From assembly GCA_963804645.1 (NCBI GenBank), contig CAWDRG010000009.1, positions 736,001-800,000 of the forward strand: a stretch of 64,000 nucleotides of DNA. Reading direction: 5' to 3'. A program made the position numbers and the translations under genes. The notes beneath the pieces were generated by a model. The model did no database searches and had not been told where the DNA came from. It worked only from the letters and a program-made list of their open reading frames with translations. Shown here one piece after another: positions 9,845 to 19,630 of this stretch (position 1 is its first letter; each line of letters starts with the position of its first letter). Origin of the DNA: an uncultured Bacillota bacterium (GTDB lineage Bacteria > Sysuimicrobiota > Sysuimicrobiia > Sysuimicrobiales > Segetimicrobiaceae).

Positions 9845-11314
9845 TCACGAAGACGTTTCGTCGTACCCCGCGACGTTCGTGATGATCGGGTGCCAGTCGA
9901 ACTTGGTATCGAGCGGGTAGATCGGCCGCGTCACCTGCCGGTACGGCAGCCGCGTGAAGTCCATGTCCGCGTAGCCCGGGGTCAGGGCGAGGATTTCCCT
10001 CGGCGCGATCGCCCGGATCGGCGCCATGAGGTAGCCGAGCTTGATCACCACCATCTTGTGCTTGAGCGGATCGATGCCCGCCTTCTTGAAGTCGTCCGGG
10101 TGCCGGTAGATGTACCGCCGGTCGGAGAGGATGACCCGGATGCCGTTCGCGTTGAGCGTCGCGAGCCTCGCGTCCCACGCCCCGGCCGCCGGCTGGTACA
10201 GATGCTCCACCGTGCCGGTCAGTTTGACGGGTCCGCCGCGGACCGTGTCGAGCTTGCCGCCGACCTCCACGGTGACCTTGGCGCCCTGCCCCGCCTTGAA
10301 GCACGCGTCGGTCGCGACGGCGTCGGGAAACCCCGCGACGACCGCGTCCGGCACCTTCTTGGCCACGAGCCGCGCCAGGAAGTGCGTCGAGTCGCCGGGT
10401 GCGCCCGCGGTCGGGTTGTCGCCGGAGTCCGCGATGAACACCGTGCGCTCCGACTTGAGCGCCTGGTCGATCGCCTCGTCGGCGGTCGCGGCGACCTCCT
10501 GGTCGAACACGAAGTGCTCGCGCTGATCCCACATCGCCTGCGCCATCCGGCGCGCCTGGCGGCGCGCCAGCGGGAGGGCCGCGTCGTTCTCGGCGGTCAC
10601 GAGGACGTTGGCGCCGGCGTGCCAGGTGTCCGCCCACCCGAAGCCGATCAGCACCTCGGCGTTCAGGATGCCCGGCATCTGCTCGATCTCGAGCGCCATC
10701 TTGAGCATCGACTTCATCGGCTCGACCGCCATCGTGGACCGCTCGCCCGGCAGCAGGAGCGGAATGCGGATGAACACCGGCCGGGGCCGCAGCCGCCCGC
10801 GGACGACCTTCGTCAGGATGCCGAGCGTGCGCTGCAGCGTCTCGGGCGCGTCGGCGTGGGGCGCTGTGCGGAAGCACGCCCAGGTGTCGGCCTTGTTCGC
10901 GAACTCCTCGGTCAGGTTCGCGTGGGGATCCAACCGCACGGCGATCGGCAGGTCGCGCCCGACGGCCGCCCGGATCATCCGGACCTGATCGGTCTCGCCG
11001 CTCCAGACGTTCTCGACGAGCATCGCGCCGTGCAGGATCATGCAGATGCCGTCGAGCTTGCCGGCGTCCCGCAGCCGGGCGAGCGTCTCGTCCCGCAGCT
11101 CGAGGTACGTCCGCTCCTGCACCACGCCGGAGGGACAGCGAGCCGACGCGACGAGCAGCGGCACCGGCTCAAACTCGAACTTCTTCGCGGCCTCCGCCAG
11201 TCCGGCGTAGCCGAGGATGTCGGGCTCCCGCAGGACCCGGAAGTCCTCCATCGTCTGCGGGATGGGCGAAAACGTGAGAGCCTCGTGGCTGATGCCGGCG
11301 ATGCCGATGCGCAT
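9845..11314 (-). CDS. M81-family metallopeptidase (MlrC-like)
   Basis: RIGIAGISHE, LHGAM, LDPHAN, PHAD, DSGDNPTAGAPGD motifs. Confidence 0.92.
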   Translation of the reverse strand: MRIGIAGISHEALTFSPIPQTMEDFRVLREPDILGYAGLAEAAKKFEFEPVPLLVASARCPSGVVQERTYLELRDETLARLRDAGKLDGICMILHGAMLVENVWSGETDQVRMIRAAVGRDLPIAVRLDPHANLTEEFANKADTWACFRTAPHADAPETLQRTLGILTKVVRGRLRPRPVFIRIPLLLPGERSTMAVEPMKSMLKMALEIEQMPGILNAEVLIGFGWADTWHAGANVLVTAENDAALPLARRQARRMAQAMWDQREHFVFDQEVAATADEAIDQALKSERTVFIADSGDNPTAGAPGDSTHFLARLVAKKVPDAVVAGFPDAVATDACFKAGQGAKVTVEVGGKLDTVRGGPVKLTGTVEHLYQPAAGAWDARLATLNANGIRVILSDRRYIYRHPDDFKKAGIDPLKHKMVVIKLGYLMAPIRAIAPREILALTPGYADMDFTRLPYRQVTRPIYPLDTKFDWHPIITNVAGYDETSS

Positions 11315-11324
11315 GCGTTCCCTC

Positions 11325-12194
11325 CTATTTGATCGCGCCGCTTCCCAGTCCCTGGACCACCCACCGCTGCAGGAGCACGAAGATGACCACGAGCGGGAGG
11401 CTGGACATGGTGGTGAGCGCCATGATGCCGTTCCAGTCGCGCACGTACTCGCCGAAGAACGAGGACATGCCGACGGTCAGCGTCTGCGAGTGCGTGGTCT
11501 CCGTGAGCACGACGGCGAGGAGATACTCGTTCCAGGCGCCGATGAAGATGAACGCGGCGACCCCTACGACCCCCGGCACGGCGAGCGGCGCCACCACCTT
11601 CCAGAGCGTCTGGAGCCGCGTGCACCCGTCGATGAGCGCCGCTTCGTCGAGCTCGTGCGGAATCGAATCCAGGTAGGCCTTGATGAGCCAGGTCGACAGC
11701 GGCAGGAGAAACGCGGTGTTGGCCACGATCAGGCCGGGCACCGTGTCGTACAGCCCGACGACGTGGGCGAGGCGGAAGTACGGGATGATCAGGACGACCC
11801 GTGGCAGCATGAGGAGGCTCAGGATCGCCATCAGCATGACCTGGCCGCCGGGCAGCCGGAACCGGGAGAACCCGTAGGCCGCGAGCGAGCCGAAGAACAG
11901 CGCGAGGACGAGCGCGCCGAACGACAGCTCAATGCTGTTCTTGAAATAGGACTGGTACGTGGGGTTGTTGAGGATCTTTTCGAAGTACACGAGCGTGATC
12001 GATCTCGGCCACAGGACCGGCGGGTAGTTGAGCACTTCCCGGATCGGCCGCACGGCCGCGCTCACCATCCACGCGACCGGCACCAGGATCAGCACGGTCG
12101 AGAGGACCGTGAGGCCGACGACCCAGATCTGCCGGGAGACCTCCGCACGGCGGCGGCGCGAGCCCGCGGCGGACGCGACCGTGGAGGCTACCAT
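11325..12194 (-). CDS. Carbohydrate ABC transporter permease (MalG type)
   Basis: IPHELDEAALIDG EAA motif, AWNEYL; true start is the ATG at 12194 inside the 538-aa ORF. Confidence 0.93.
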   Translation of the reverse strand: MVASTVASAAGSRRRRAEVSRQIWVVGLTVLSTVLILVPVAWMVSAAVRPIREVLNYPPVLWPRSITLVYFEKILNNPTYQSYFKNSIELSFGALVLALFFGSLAAYGFSRFRLPGGQVMLMAILSLLMLPRVVLIIPYFRLAHVVGLYDTVPGLIVANTAFLLPLSTWLIKAYLDSIPHELDEAALIDGCTRLQTLWKVVAPLAVPGVVGVAAFIFIGAWNEYLLAVVLTETTHSQTLTVGMSSFFGEYVRDWNGIMALTTMSSLPLVVIFVLLQRWVVQGLGSGAIK

Positions 12195-13120
12195 GATTCC
12201 TGCTGCCGGCGCTGGAGGACGCGCAGGTAGACTTGGGTGATCACGGTAAGCAGCAGCAGCATGATCGTGCTGGCCGCGGCCCCTTCGGTCAGGTTCCCGT
12301 CCATCAGCCCCGTTCGGTAGATGTAAAACGCGACCGTTTCGGTCGCGCGGCCGGGCCCGCCCTGCGTGAGCATGTTGACGAGGTCGACGTGCCCGAACGT
12401 GGTGATGATGTCGAGCGTCGAGAGGGCCACGAGCACCCCCCTGAGCTGCGGCAGCGTGACCGCCCAGAACCGCTGCCACCCGTTCGCCCCGTCGACCTTC
12501 GCGGCGTCGTACAGCTCCGGCGGGATGTTCTGCAGACCGCCGAGCAGGGCGATCATGTAAAAGGGATAGCTCTTCCAGGTGTTGACGAAGATGATCGAGG
12601 CGAGCGCGAGGTTCGGGTTGCCCAGGAAGTCGATCGGGCGGGTGATGTGCAGGACGCCCGTCGCGATGTAGTTGAACAGGCCGTACGGGTCGTACAGCAG
12701 CGACCACATGAGCGCCGCGGCCGCGGTGGAGAAGACCCACGGCAGGATGAGCGCGCCCCGCATGACGTTGCGCAGCGAGTGGCTGAACCACACCTCGTGC
12801 AGCAGGAGCGCAAACGCGAGGCCGATCGACAGCTGCAGGACGACGGACGCCACGGTAAAGATCGACGTGTTCCAGACCGCGTTCCACCAGATATAGTCGC
12901 CCAGGATCTTGGTGTAGTGGGCCACGCCGACGAAGTGCCACACGCCGTTGTTCACGTCCTGCAGCCCCATGCCGATGACCGTGACGATCGGGTAGATCGC
13001 CGTCACGATCAGGTAGAGGATCACCGGCCCGACAAAGAGGTACCCGGTGGCATAGGCGGGCAGCCGGCGCCGGGACGGCGCCGTTGCGGCCGCGCGGGCC
13101 GGAGCTATCGCTCGTGCCAC
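12188..13120 (-). CDS. Carbohydrate ABC transporter permease (MalF type)
   Basis: GLQNIPPELYDAAKVDGA motif, TQGGPGRAT. Confidence 0.93.
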   Translation of the reverse strand: MARAIAPARAAATAPSRRRLPAYATGYLFVGPVILYLIVTAIYPIVTVIGMGLQDVNNGVWHFVGVAHYTKILGDYIWWNAVWNTSIFTVASVVLQLSIGLAFALLLHEVWFSHSLRNVMRGALILPWVFSTAAAALMWSLLYDPYGLFNYIATGVLHITRPIDFLGNPNLALASIIFVNTWKSYPFYMIALLGGLQNIPPELYDAAKVDGANGWQRFWAVTLPQLRGVLVALSTLDIITTFGHVDLVNMLTQGGPGRATETVAFYIYRTGLMDGNLTEGAAASTIMLLLLTVITQVYLRVLQRRQQESW

Positions 13121-13148
13121 GTGGGAGTCACCCGCTCTCGGAGACGCG

Positions 13149-13179
13149 CGCCCCGGCGCCCGTATCGGGCGCCGGGGCG
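13149..13179 (-). terminator. Perfect 14-bp GC hairpin between SBP and permease (mRNA stabiliser or attenuating terminator)
   Basis: CGCCCCGGCGCCCG-TAT-CGGGCGCCGGGGCG; no U-tract. Confidence 0.55.
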
Positions 13180-13192
13180 GCGTCTGCGCGCG

Positions 13193-14464
13193 CTACTTGG
13201 ACTGGTCGATCGCCTGCTGCCAGCCCGCGGCGATCTTGTCGAGGCCCTGCTGCGCCGTCTCCTTGCCGCTCATCATGTCCTGCCAGTCGCTCTTGAAGCT
13301 GTCGAACAGCCCGCCGGTGGCCGGCAGGATCGGCAGCGTGATGTTCGCCTTCGGGTCCTGATTCGCCATCTGCCCCGCGTACTTGAGCATCGGATCCGTG
13401 CTGCTCGACAGCGAGTCCATCGAGAACTTGTCCGCCCACGGGAGGCTGACGGCCTTGGTCATCATGATCGACGCCGGCTGGGAGTAGAGGTACTTGAGGA
13501 ACGTCCACGCCGCGTCCTTGTTCGGCGACTTGGCGCTCATCGCCACACCGCTGCAGCTCCACAGGTAGCCGCCCGTCCGAGCGTGCCACGGCGGCGCGTA
13601 CGCGATCTTGATGTTGGGGTCGATCTGCTTGGCCTTGCTCCAGATGAAGGGCCCGTCGATGATGCTGTCGACCTGCCCGCTCGCGAGGTACTCGAGCATG
13701 CGGGTCTGGTCCTCGCCCATCGATCCGGGAACGGCCAGGCCCATGTCGTAGAAGCTCTTCCACCAGTTGACCGCTCGGACGCCGGCCGCGCTGTTCAGCG
13801 TGATGTGGCCGCTGGCGTCCATGAACTGACCGCCCTCCTGCGCGAGGCGGAAGCCGAAGTACCGGGTGGCGACAAACCCGCCGTCGCCGAACGTGAGGCT
13901 CATGCCGTACCGGCTGCTGGAGGTGTGCATCGCCTTCTCGACCGAGACGAACTGGTCCCAGCTGGTCGGGGGCGACAGGTGCGCCTGCTGGAAGAAGTCG
14001 ACGTTGTACGCGAACTGGTACGGGATCAGGTACAGGCAGAACGACAGGGTGTCGCCGTTGATCTTGCGCAGCGTGGTCGGCAGCAGCGTCTGGGCGAACG
14101 GCTTGTCCTTCGCCAGCCACGGATCCAGGTTCTCCACGTAGCCGAGCTTCTTCAGGCCGATCAGCCACGCGCCCTCGGTGCCGAAGACGTCGTAGTTCTC
14201 GCCCGCGGCGGCCGCGGCGTTCAGCTTGGTCGGCATCTCGGGGTAGGGGGTGTCGACGACGTCGACTTTGATGTTGGGGTTATCCTTCGCAAAGCCGGCC
14301 ATCAGGGCGTTGAAGTTGTTGGGCCCCCACTCGTTGACCCACCACTCCATCCATTTGATCGTGACCTGCGAGGTGGCGGCGGTGGCGAACGTGGAGATCG
14401 ACAGACTCAGGATCGTCGCAACGGCGACCAGGACGGCGGTACGCAGAACCGGTTTGTGCCGCAT
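13193..14464 (-). CDS. Sugar ABC transporter substrate-binding protein (family 1)
   Basis: Signal peptide; FAKDNPNIKVDV, FAYNVDFF, SPNKDAAWTFLKYL. Confidence 0.92.
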   Translation of the reverse strand: MRHKPVLRTAVLVAVATILSLSISTFATAATSQVTIKWMEWWVNEWGPNNFNALMAGFAKDNPNIKVDVVDTPYPEMPTKLNAAAAAGENYDVFGTEGAWLIGLKKLGYVENLDPWLAKDKPFAQTLLPTTLRKINGDTLSFCLYLIPYQFAYNVDFFQQAHLSPPTSWDQFVSVEKAMHTSSSRYGMSLTFGDGGFVATRYFGFRLAQEGGQFMDASGHITLNSAAGVRAVNWWKSFYDMGLAVPGSMGEDQTRMLEYLASGQVDSIIDGPFIWSKAKQIDPNIKIAYAPPWHARTGGYLWSCSGVAMSAKSPNKDAAWTFLKYLYSQPASIMMTKAVSLPWADKFSMDSLSSSTDPMLKYAGQMANQDPKANITLPILPATGGLFDSFKSDWQDMMSGKETAQQGLDKIAAGWQQAIDQSK

Positions 14465-14585
14465 CGCGCTTCCCTCCCGAAGTGACGCCTTCGTGCGGGA
14501 CACGCGGAGGAGCGCTGCCTCCCCCGCGTGCTTTCGCGTGGGATTAGGCGTTGGGGCGGCCGGTTCCTCCCTGCGGGGCGGGGGG

Positions 14586-15509
14586 TTATTTCCAGACGTG
14601 CACGTAGCTCGGGGGGAGGGTGAAGGTCTGCCGGCTGGCCTGGGCCGCCACCGTCAGGGCCGCCCCGGCCGCGCCCGCGGGCGTCTGATCCCAGACCCCG
14701 ATGTCGAGCCGGGGGAGCCGGGCCGGGTCCGCGTGCCGTCCGACCGTCCAGCCGATCGTGGTGAAGAGGTAGTGATACCCGGCGGTGTTGGCGAGCGCGA
14801 TCAATTCCGGGGTGTACTGGCCGTACGGGTACACCATGGCGTCGACGGGTTGTCCCGTTTCCTGTTCGACGATGGTGCGCGCCTTCACGAGATCGGACGA
14901 GACCCGCGCGCGGTACTCGGCGTCGGTCTCGCGGCGCCCGTCCGGCAGGACGGCGATCCCCACCGTGGCGGCCGTGGTCGCGCCTCCCCCGATGCCGATC
15001 CCGCGGTGCAGGTCGTAGGTCTCGGTGTAGAAGCGGACGAGGCCGGTCTGGCTCATCGCCTTGATCTCGTCCCAGGTGAAGTCGTGCGCGATGCGGCCCA
15101 CGTTGGCGACGATCAGGAACACCGCCGCGGGGATGCGGTCGTGCTCGAGGACCGGCAGCGCGTAGCGATAGATGCCCGCATACCCGTTGTCGAAAACGAC
15201 GCAGACCGCGTTGGGCGGCACCGGCGCGCCGGCCGACACGAACCGCTCGAGGTCCGGGACGGACACGAAGTGAAATCCTTCGCTGAGCAGCAGGTTCATC
15301 TCCGCGGCGAACTCCTGCGGCGAGACCGTGTCCGTGTCGCGGGGTACCGTCGGCGAGACGTCGTGGTAGGTCAGAACGGCGATCTGGTCTTGATAGTGGA
15401 CGGGCGCCTCCGGCGCTGCGCCCGCGGGGGTGCCGGGCGCCGCGAGCAGCGCGGCGGCGCCGAGTACGAGCAGCGTGCCCCGTGCCCATCCGAGCCGCAT
15501 GCGCTCCAC
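14586..15509 (-). CDS. Secreted polysaccharide deacetylase (CE4, PgaB/IcaB-like)
   Basis: Signal peptide; VLTYHDV, VVFDNGY (DD motif is DN), YPYG, LPRLD. Confidence 0.82.
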   Translation of the reverse strand: MERMRLGWARGTLLVLGAAALLAAPGTPAGAAPEAPVHYQDQIAVLTYHDVSPTVPRDTDTVSPQEFAAEMNLLLSEGFHFVSVPDLERFVSAGAPVPPNAVCVVFDNGYAGIYRYALPVLEHDRIPAAVFLIVANVGRIAHDFTWDEIKAMSQTGLVRFYTETYDLHRGIGIGGGATTAATVGIAVLPDGRRETDAEYRARVSSDLVKARTIVEQETGQPVDAMVYPYGQYTPELIALANTAGYHYLFTTIGWTVGRHADPARLPRLDIGVWDQTPAGAAGAALTVAAQASRQTFTLPPSYVHVWK

Positions 15510-15630
15510 CTCTCGTGCTGTCGCGCGAATTCGATCGTGACAGTTATAGCAGTGGACGCGCGGGGCCGCAAGCGGAGGCGCGCGCGCTCCCGGCGTTGCG
15601 GGCGCGCCCGGGGCGCGCTATGCTGGACCC

Positions 15631-16146
15631 GTGACCCGCCGCCGTCGCACCGCCGGCCGCAGTGACCGCGGATTTTCGCTGGTCGAGCTCGTGATCGCGC
15701 TCGCGGTCCTGGCGCTGATCCTCGGCATCGCGGTGCCGGCGTACCTGGGCAGCCTCGGAGGCGGCAAGCCCGGCACGAGCGTCGTCAACACCAAGAGCAA
15801 CAAGGCGGCGGTCGACGAGGCCGCCGCCACGGCGGATGCCTGGCGTACGACCGCGTATACCTGCTACCTCCAGAGCCAGAACGCGACCTCGTGCAGCAGC
15901 AACGAGGCGATCGGATTCACGCAGCCGGCCGGCAAGTACTGGAACTGGACGTCGCAGCCGCAGAACGGGGTGGCGGGGGCAACGTACACCGTCGTCAACG
16001 CGGAGGGGGAGCCGGCCGCGCTGACCGTCTCCTGGCCGTCCAACAACGCCGGCCTCGAGAACGGCGAGACGTACGTTGTCAGTCTCTTCATCTCCGGGAC
16101 GAGCCGGGGCCAAACGACCGCGACCTGCCTTCCGATCAGCTGCTGA
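15631..16146 (+). CDS. Type IV pilin / prepilin-type protein
   Basis: Basic leader then RG|FSLVELVIALAVLALILGIAVP with E5; Cys pairs in the globular part. Confidence 0.88.
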   Translation: MTRRRRTAGRSDRGFSLVELVIALAVLALILGIAVPAYLGSLGGGKPGTSVVNTKSNKAAVDEAAATADAWRTTAYTCYLQSQNATSCSSNEAIGFTQPAGKYWNWTSQPQNGVAGATYTVVNAEGEPAALTVSWPSNNAGLENGETYVVSLFISGTSRGQTTATCLPISC

Positions 16147-16294
16147 CGATCGTCCGCCGGCGCACCCCGGCGGACGATCTGCATCAGATCTTTACTCCGC
16201 ATTCACAGCTCCTTCGATGGATCTTCAAGCCGTGATTTTACCGTATTTCTGAGGCGTCCATTCCGCAGTTCGGTGGCGTCCAGGAGGTTCGAAG

Positions 16295-17029
16295 ATGTTC
16301 AAGCAGTGGAGATGGATGATCGGGATCGCGCTGGTGAGCCTGGTGGGGCTGGTCGGCGCGCAGGCGTGGGGGCAGGCTCCGCCGCCCTCCCAGCCGCAGG
16401 GTCCGGGCCAGCGGCCGCAGGGTCGGCCGCAGGGCGCGGGCCAGCGCCCCGCGTTCCGCGGGCACGCGCGTCCGGTGATCGGGACGATCGCGTCCGTGTC
16501 CGGAAGTTCGTTCGTAGTCACGACGTGGGCGAACCGCCCGGTGACGGTGCAGACGACGTCCACGACGCGCGTGCTGACCCAGCAGCAGGGTACTGTGGCC
16601 GACCTGCAGTCTGGCGATCTGGTGCGCATTATGGCAACCAAGGCCGCGAATAACGGGGTGGTCGCGGTCCGCCTGAGCGACACACCGGCCGCGCTCGCGA
16701 TGGCGCGGGGCGGGCGTCCCGGGGGCGGCCCCGGCGGTCCGCAGGCCGGCGCGCCGCGGAGTGGTTTGTGGGGCGGCCGCGGGACGATGGTCATGATCGA
16801 CGGGCCGCTGGCCGGGGCCCCGTCGGGCGGCGCCGTGATGGTCGCGCTCCCGGTCGGGGCGCCGCTGGCGGTGGCCGTGCCCTCGACCACGCGCATCTCG
16901 CGGACCGTCTCGCTGCCGGTATCGGGGCTCGCCGTGGGCACCCACGTCGCGGTGGTCGGCACTCCGGCGGCGGCCGGCGGCGGCCTCACGGCCGTGACGA
17001 TCTACGTCCCGGGCGCGCCGACGCGGTAA
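16295..17029 (+). CDS. Secreted DUF5666-like repeat beta-barrel protein
   Basis: AGGAGG RBS, signal peptide, Q/G/P-rich linker, two related repeats (VQTTSTTRV..DLQSGDLVRI; VPSTTRI..GLAVGTHVAV). Confidence 0.7.
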   Translation: MFKQWRWMIGIALVSLVGLVGAQAWGQAPPPSQPQGPGQRPQGRPQGAGQRPAFRGHARPVIGTIASVSGSSFVVTTWANRPVTVQTTSTTRVLTQQQGTVADLQSGDLVRIMATKAANNGVVAVRLSDTPAALAMARGGRPGGGPGGPQAGAPRSGLWGGRGTMVMIDGPLAGAPSGGAVMVALPVGAPLAVAVPSTTRISRTVSLPVSGLAVGTHVAVVGTPAAAGGGLTAVTIYVPGAPTR

Positions 17030-17108
17030 GCGGTGCGGGCCGAACGGATCGGGTGATCGCCGTGCAGGGGGCGGCGTCGGCGCGAGCCGAACGCCGTCCC
17101 TCTGCGTC

Positions 17109-18695
17109 TTACTCCTCGGCGGCCGCGCGATCGGCCGCCGTGCCGCGGCGCATCAGGAGCACGAGCGGCAGGCAGAGGAGCGAGATCCAGCCGATCACCG
17201 CGAACGCGTAGTCGTATCCCACCACCGTCGACTGCTGCTGGATCAGCGTCCGCAGCCAGCCGAGCGCCTGCCAGTGCGCGGTGGTCGGGTCGCTGCCGCG
17301 GGTGATGAACATGTGCTGGTACATGTTCCACCAGCGCATGAAGTTCGGATTGGACGTCGACGCGTAGCGGACGAGGTTCGCGCTGGAGGTCGTCGTCTTG
17401 TGGTCGGCGACGGTGATGACGAGCGCCGTGCCGAGGCTGCTGCCGAGCTGCCGCAGGAGGCTGTTCATCCCGGTCGCGCTCTGCATCTGCGCGCGGGGAA
17501 TCGTCGAGAGCGAGGTCGTCGTCAGCGACACCCAGACAAACGACGAGCCGAGGCCCTGGATGAACTGCGGGAGCAGGAGCTGCGCCGGCCCGCTCGCCAG
17601 GGTGAAGCCGGCCATCATGAAGCAGGAGACGGCGCTTAAAATAATCCCGATCGGCAGCATGATGTACACGCCCAATCGGTTGTAGAGGTTGCCCAGGATC
17701 GGCATCGTGAACACCATCGTGAGCGTGCGGGGCATGACGGTGAGCCCCGCCTGCGTCGCGCTGTAGCCGAGGCTCTGCTGCAGGAACAGCGGCAGCAGGA
17801 TGAAGCTGCCGAACCGCGTCATGCTCACGATCCCCCCGACGAACGTGCCCGCGGCGAACGACACGTTGCGGAGAATCCGGACGTTGACCGCCGGCTCCGG
17901 CACGCGCAGCTCCCAGAACACGAACGCGGTCAGCGACACCACCGCGAGCACGATGAGCGTCAGGATGAAGTCGCTCTGAAACCACCCGTTCCGCTCACCC
18001 TCCTCGAGGACGACCTGCAGCGACGCCAGCCCGACCGCGAGCAGGCCGATGCCGACGCCGTCGATCTTCCGGATCTTTCGCCCCCGCATGTACGGCGGAT
18101 CGACGATGTACCGCAGTCCCATGATCAGGCCCAGCACGCCGACGGGGACGTTGACGAAGAAGATCCACGGCCAGGAGAACGTGTCGGTGAGCCAGCCGCC
18201 GAGCGTCGGGCCGATCGCCGGGCCGAGCAGGACAATCACGCCGTAGTATGCCATCGCCTGGCCCTGCTCTTCCACCGGAAACGTCTCGCGCATGATCGCC
18301 TGCGCGGTCGGCTGCAGCGCGCCGCCGCCGATCCCCTGGAGCACGCGGAACGCGATGAGCTCGCCGAGCGTGCGCGAGAGGCCGCACAGGAGCGAGGCGA
18401 CGGAGAAGATGGCGATCGCCGCGAGAAACATCCGCTTCCGGCCGAGGATCGACGCGACCCAGTTCGTGAGCGGCAGCGTGATGACGAGGGTGATCAGGTA
18501 GGACGTGGTGACCCAGGTCACTTCCTGCGTGGTGACGCCGTAGGACGCTTCGATGTGGGCGAGGGAGACGTTGACGATGTTGGTGTCGATGGCGGACATC
18601 ATCGATCCCGCCAACACCGACGCGGCGACGATCCATTTGCCGTGCTGCGCAAACTGATTGTCGCTGCGTGCCGCCAGCGTGATTCCCGCCGCCAC
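17109..18695 (-). CDS. DHA2-family MFS efflux transporter (EmrB/QacA)
   Basis: IDTNIVNV, WVTTSYL, RVLQGIGGG, GPAIGPTLGGWL, WIFFVNVP. Confidence 0.93.
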   Translation of the reverse strand: MAAGITLAARSDNQFAQHGKWIVAASVLAGSMMSAIDTNIVNVSLAHIEASYGVTTQEVTWVTTSYLITLVITLPLTNWVASILGRKRMFLAAIAIFSVASLLCGLSRTLGELIAFRVLQGIGGGALQPTAQAIMRETFPVEEQGQAMAYYGVIVLLGPAIGPTLGGWLTDTFSWPWIFFVNVPVGVLGLIMGLRYIVDPPYMRGRKIRKIDGVGIGLLAVGLASLQVVLEEGERNGWFQSDFILTLIVLAVVSLTAFVFWELRVPEPAVNVRILRNVSFAAGTFVGGIVSMTRFGSFILLPLFLQQSLGYSATQAGLTVMPRTLTMVFTMPILGNLYNRLGVYIMLPIGIILSAVSCFMMAGFTLASGPAQLLLPQFIQGLGSSFVWVSLTTTSLSTIPRAQMQSATGMNSLLRQLGSSLGTALVITVADHKTTTSSANLVRYASTSNPNFMRWWNMYQHMFITRGSDPTTAHWQALGWLRTLIQQQSTVVGYDYAFAVIGWISLLCLPLVLLMRRGTAADRAAAEE

Positions 18696-18837
18696 GGCCT
18701 ACCCCCCGCTGGGGAGCGAATCGACCGGCGGCGGCCGGTCCGCGGCCGCCGCCGGGGTGAGCGACGATGAATTCACCGGATGACGCGCCGGCGCCTTCAG
18801 GCGCCGGCGCGGTCCCGCGGTCCGTCGGAGTCGGCGG

Positions 18838-19605
18838 CTAGCGGGATCCCCTCGAGCGGCCCGTGTACCGGTAGGCACGCTCCAGGAACTCGCGATCACC
18901 GCCGCGTCCCGGAAACCGGAGATGCGCCCGCGGGGTGTCCGGGGTGATGACGGTGCCGTTGATCCGCCAGTGGCGCTTGATCATCGCCGCGATCTTTTCG
19001 AGGACGGGCTCGGCGCCGTGCAGGACCACGCCGTTGCGCCGTCCCCCGGGCGGCGCCGGCCAGTTGCCGTCGAGGTAGCCGCGCAGAAACGGCGCGGCGA
19101 GGTCCGACGGGACGTCGTCGAGCAGGGCCGGATCGTCGCCGTGGATATCCGAGGAGATGCCCCATGGGAGCAGCGCCTTGCACAGCGTTTGGTCCCGGAT
19201 GTAGAGCTGCCACCCGAGCAGGCTGCTCTGGCAGAACTCGTGCCGGACGTGCGGCTCCGTGAGGTCGGCCATCAGCGTGTCCACGTACGCCTGCGACCGG
19301 CCGCCGAGCGTGATGATCAGCGCGAAGGACGTGCCCTGTCCGCAGATGCGCGCCGCGGCGGTCAGGAATCCGACCCAGTACACCTGCACGTCGGCCGGCG
19401 GCAGTCCGGGCTCGGCGACGCGCGTGCGGAGCAGCGGCACCGGATCCGACAGGCGGGCATCGGCCACCGGCGACAGGATCTGCTGCACCATCTTCAGCGG
19501 CAGGTGCTGGTTGTCGGCGATCTCGCTCGGGCTGCGGCCCTTCCGCGCTGCCCCGCGGATCTGCGTGACGTGCACGCGCCGTTCGAGTTCAGCTGCGCTT
19601 CGCAT
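18838..19605 (-). CDS. N-terminal HTH + degenerate two-motif LAGLIDADG-like DNA-binding protein
   Basis: GRSPSEIADNQHLPLKMVQQIL (HTH-like); YWVGFLTAAARI and FLRGYLDGNW resemble LAGLIDADG helices without the catalytic Asp-Gly. Confidence 0.65.
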   Translation of the reverse strand: MRSAAELERRVHVTQIRGAARKGRSPSEIADNQHLPLKMVQQILSPVADARLSDPVPLLRTRVAEPGLPPADVQVYWVGFLTAAARICGQGTSFALIITLGGRSQAYVDTLMADLTEPHVRHEFCQSSLLGWQLYIRDQTLCKALLPWGISSDIHGDDPALLDDVPSDLAAPFLRGYLDGNWPAPPGGRRNGVVLHGAEPVLEKIAAMIKRHWRINGTVITPDTPRAHLRFPGRGGDREFLERAYRYTGRSRGSR

Positions 19606-19630
19606 GCGCCCGCGAATCACCACGGGCGGC

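Noticed and set aside
7652..11332. 1226-aa plus-strand ORF and other long antisense or alternate-frame ORFs (1959-3755, 12233-14485, 19870-21669, 23390-25657, 25425-27440, 58387-60147)
   Set aside because: They overlap well-supported genes, are Arg/Gly/Pro-rich with no recognisable motifs, and are expected shadow ORFs in high-GC DNA.
16390..16450. Short CAGGG/CGGCCG repeats in the secreted protein gene
   Set aside because: They only encode a low-complexity Q/G/P/R linker.
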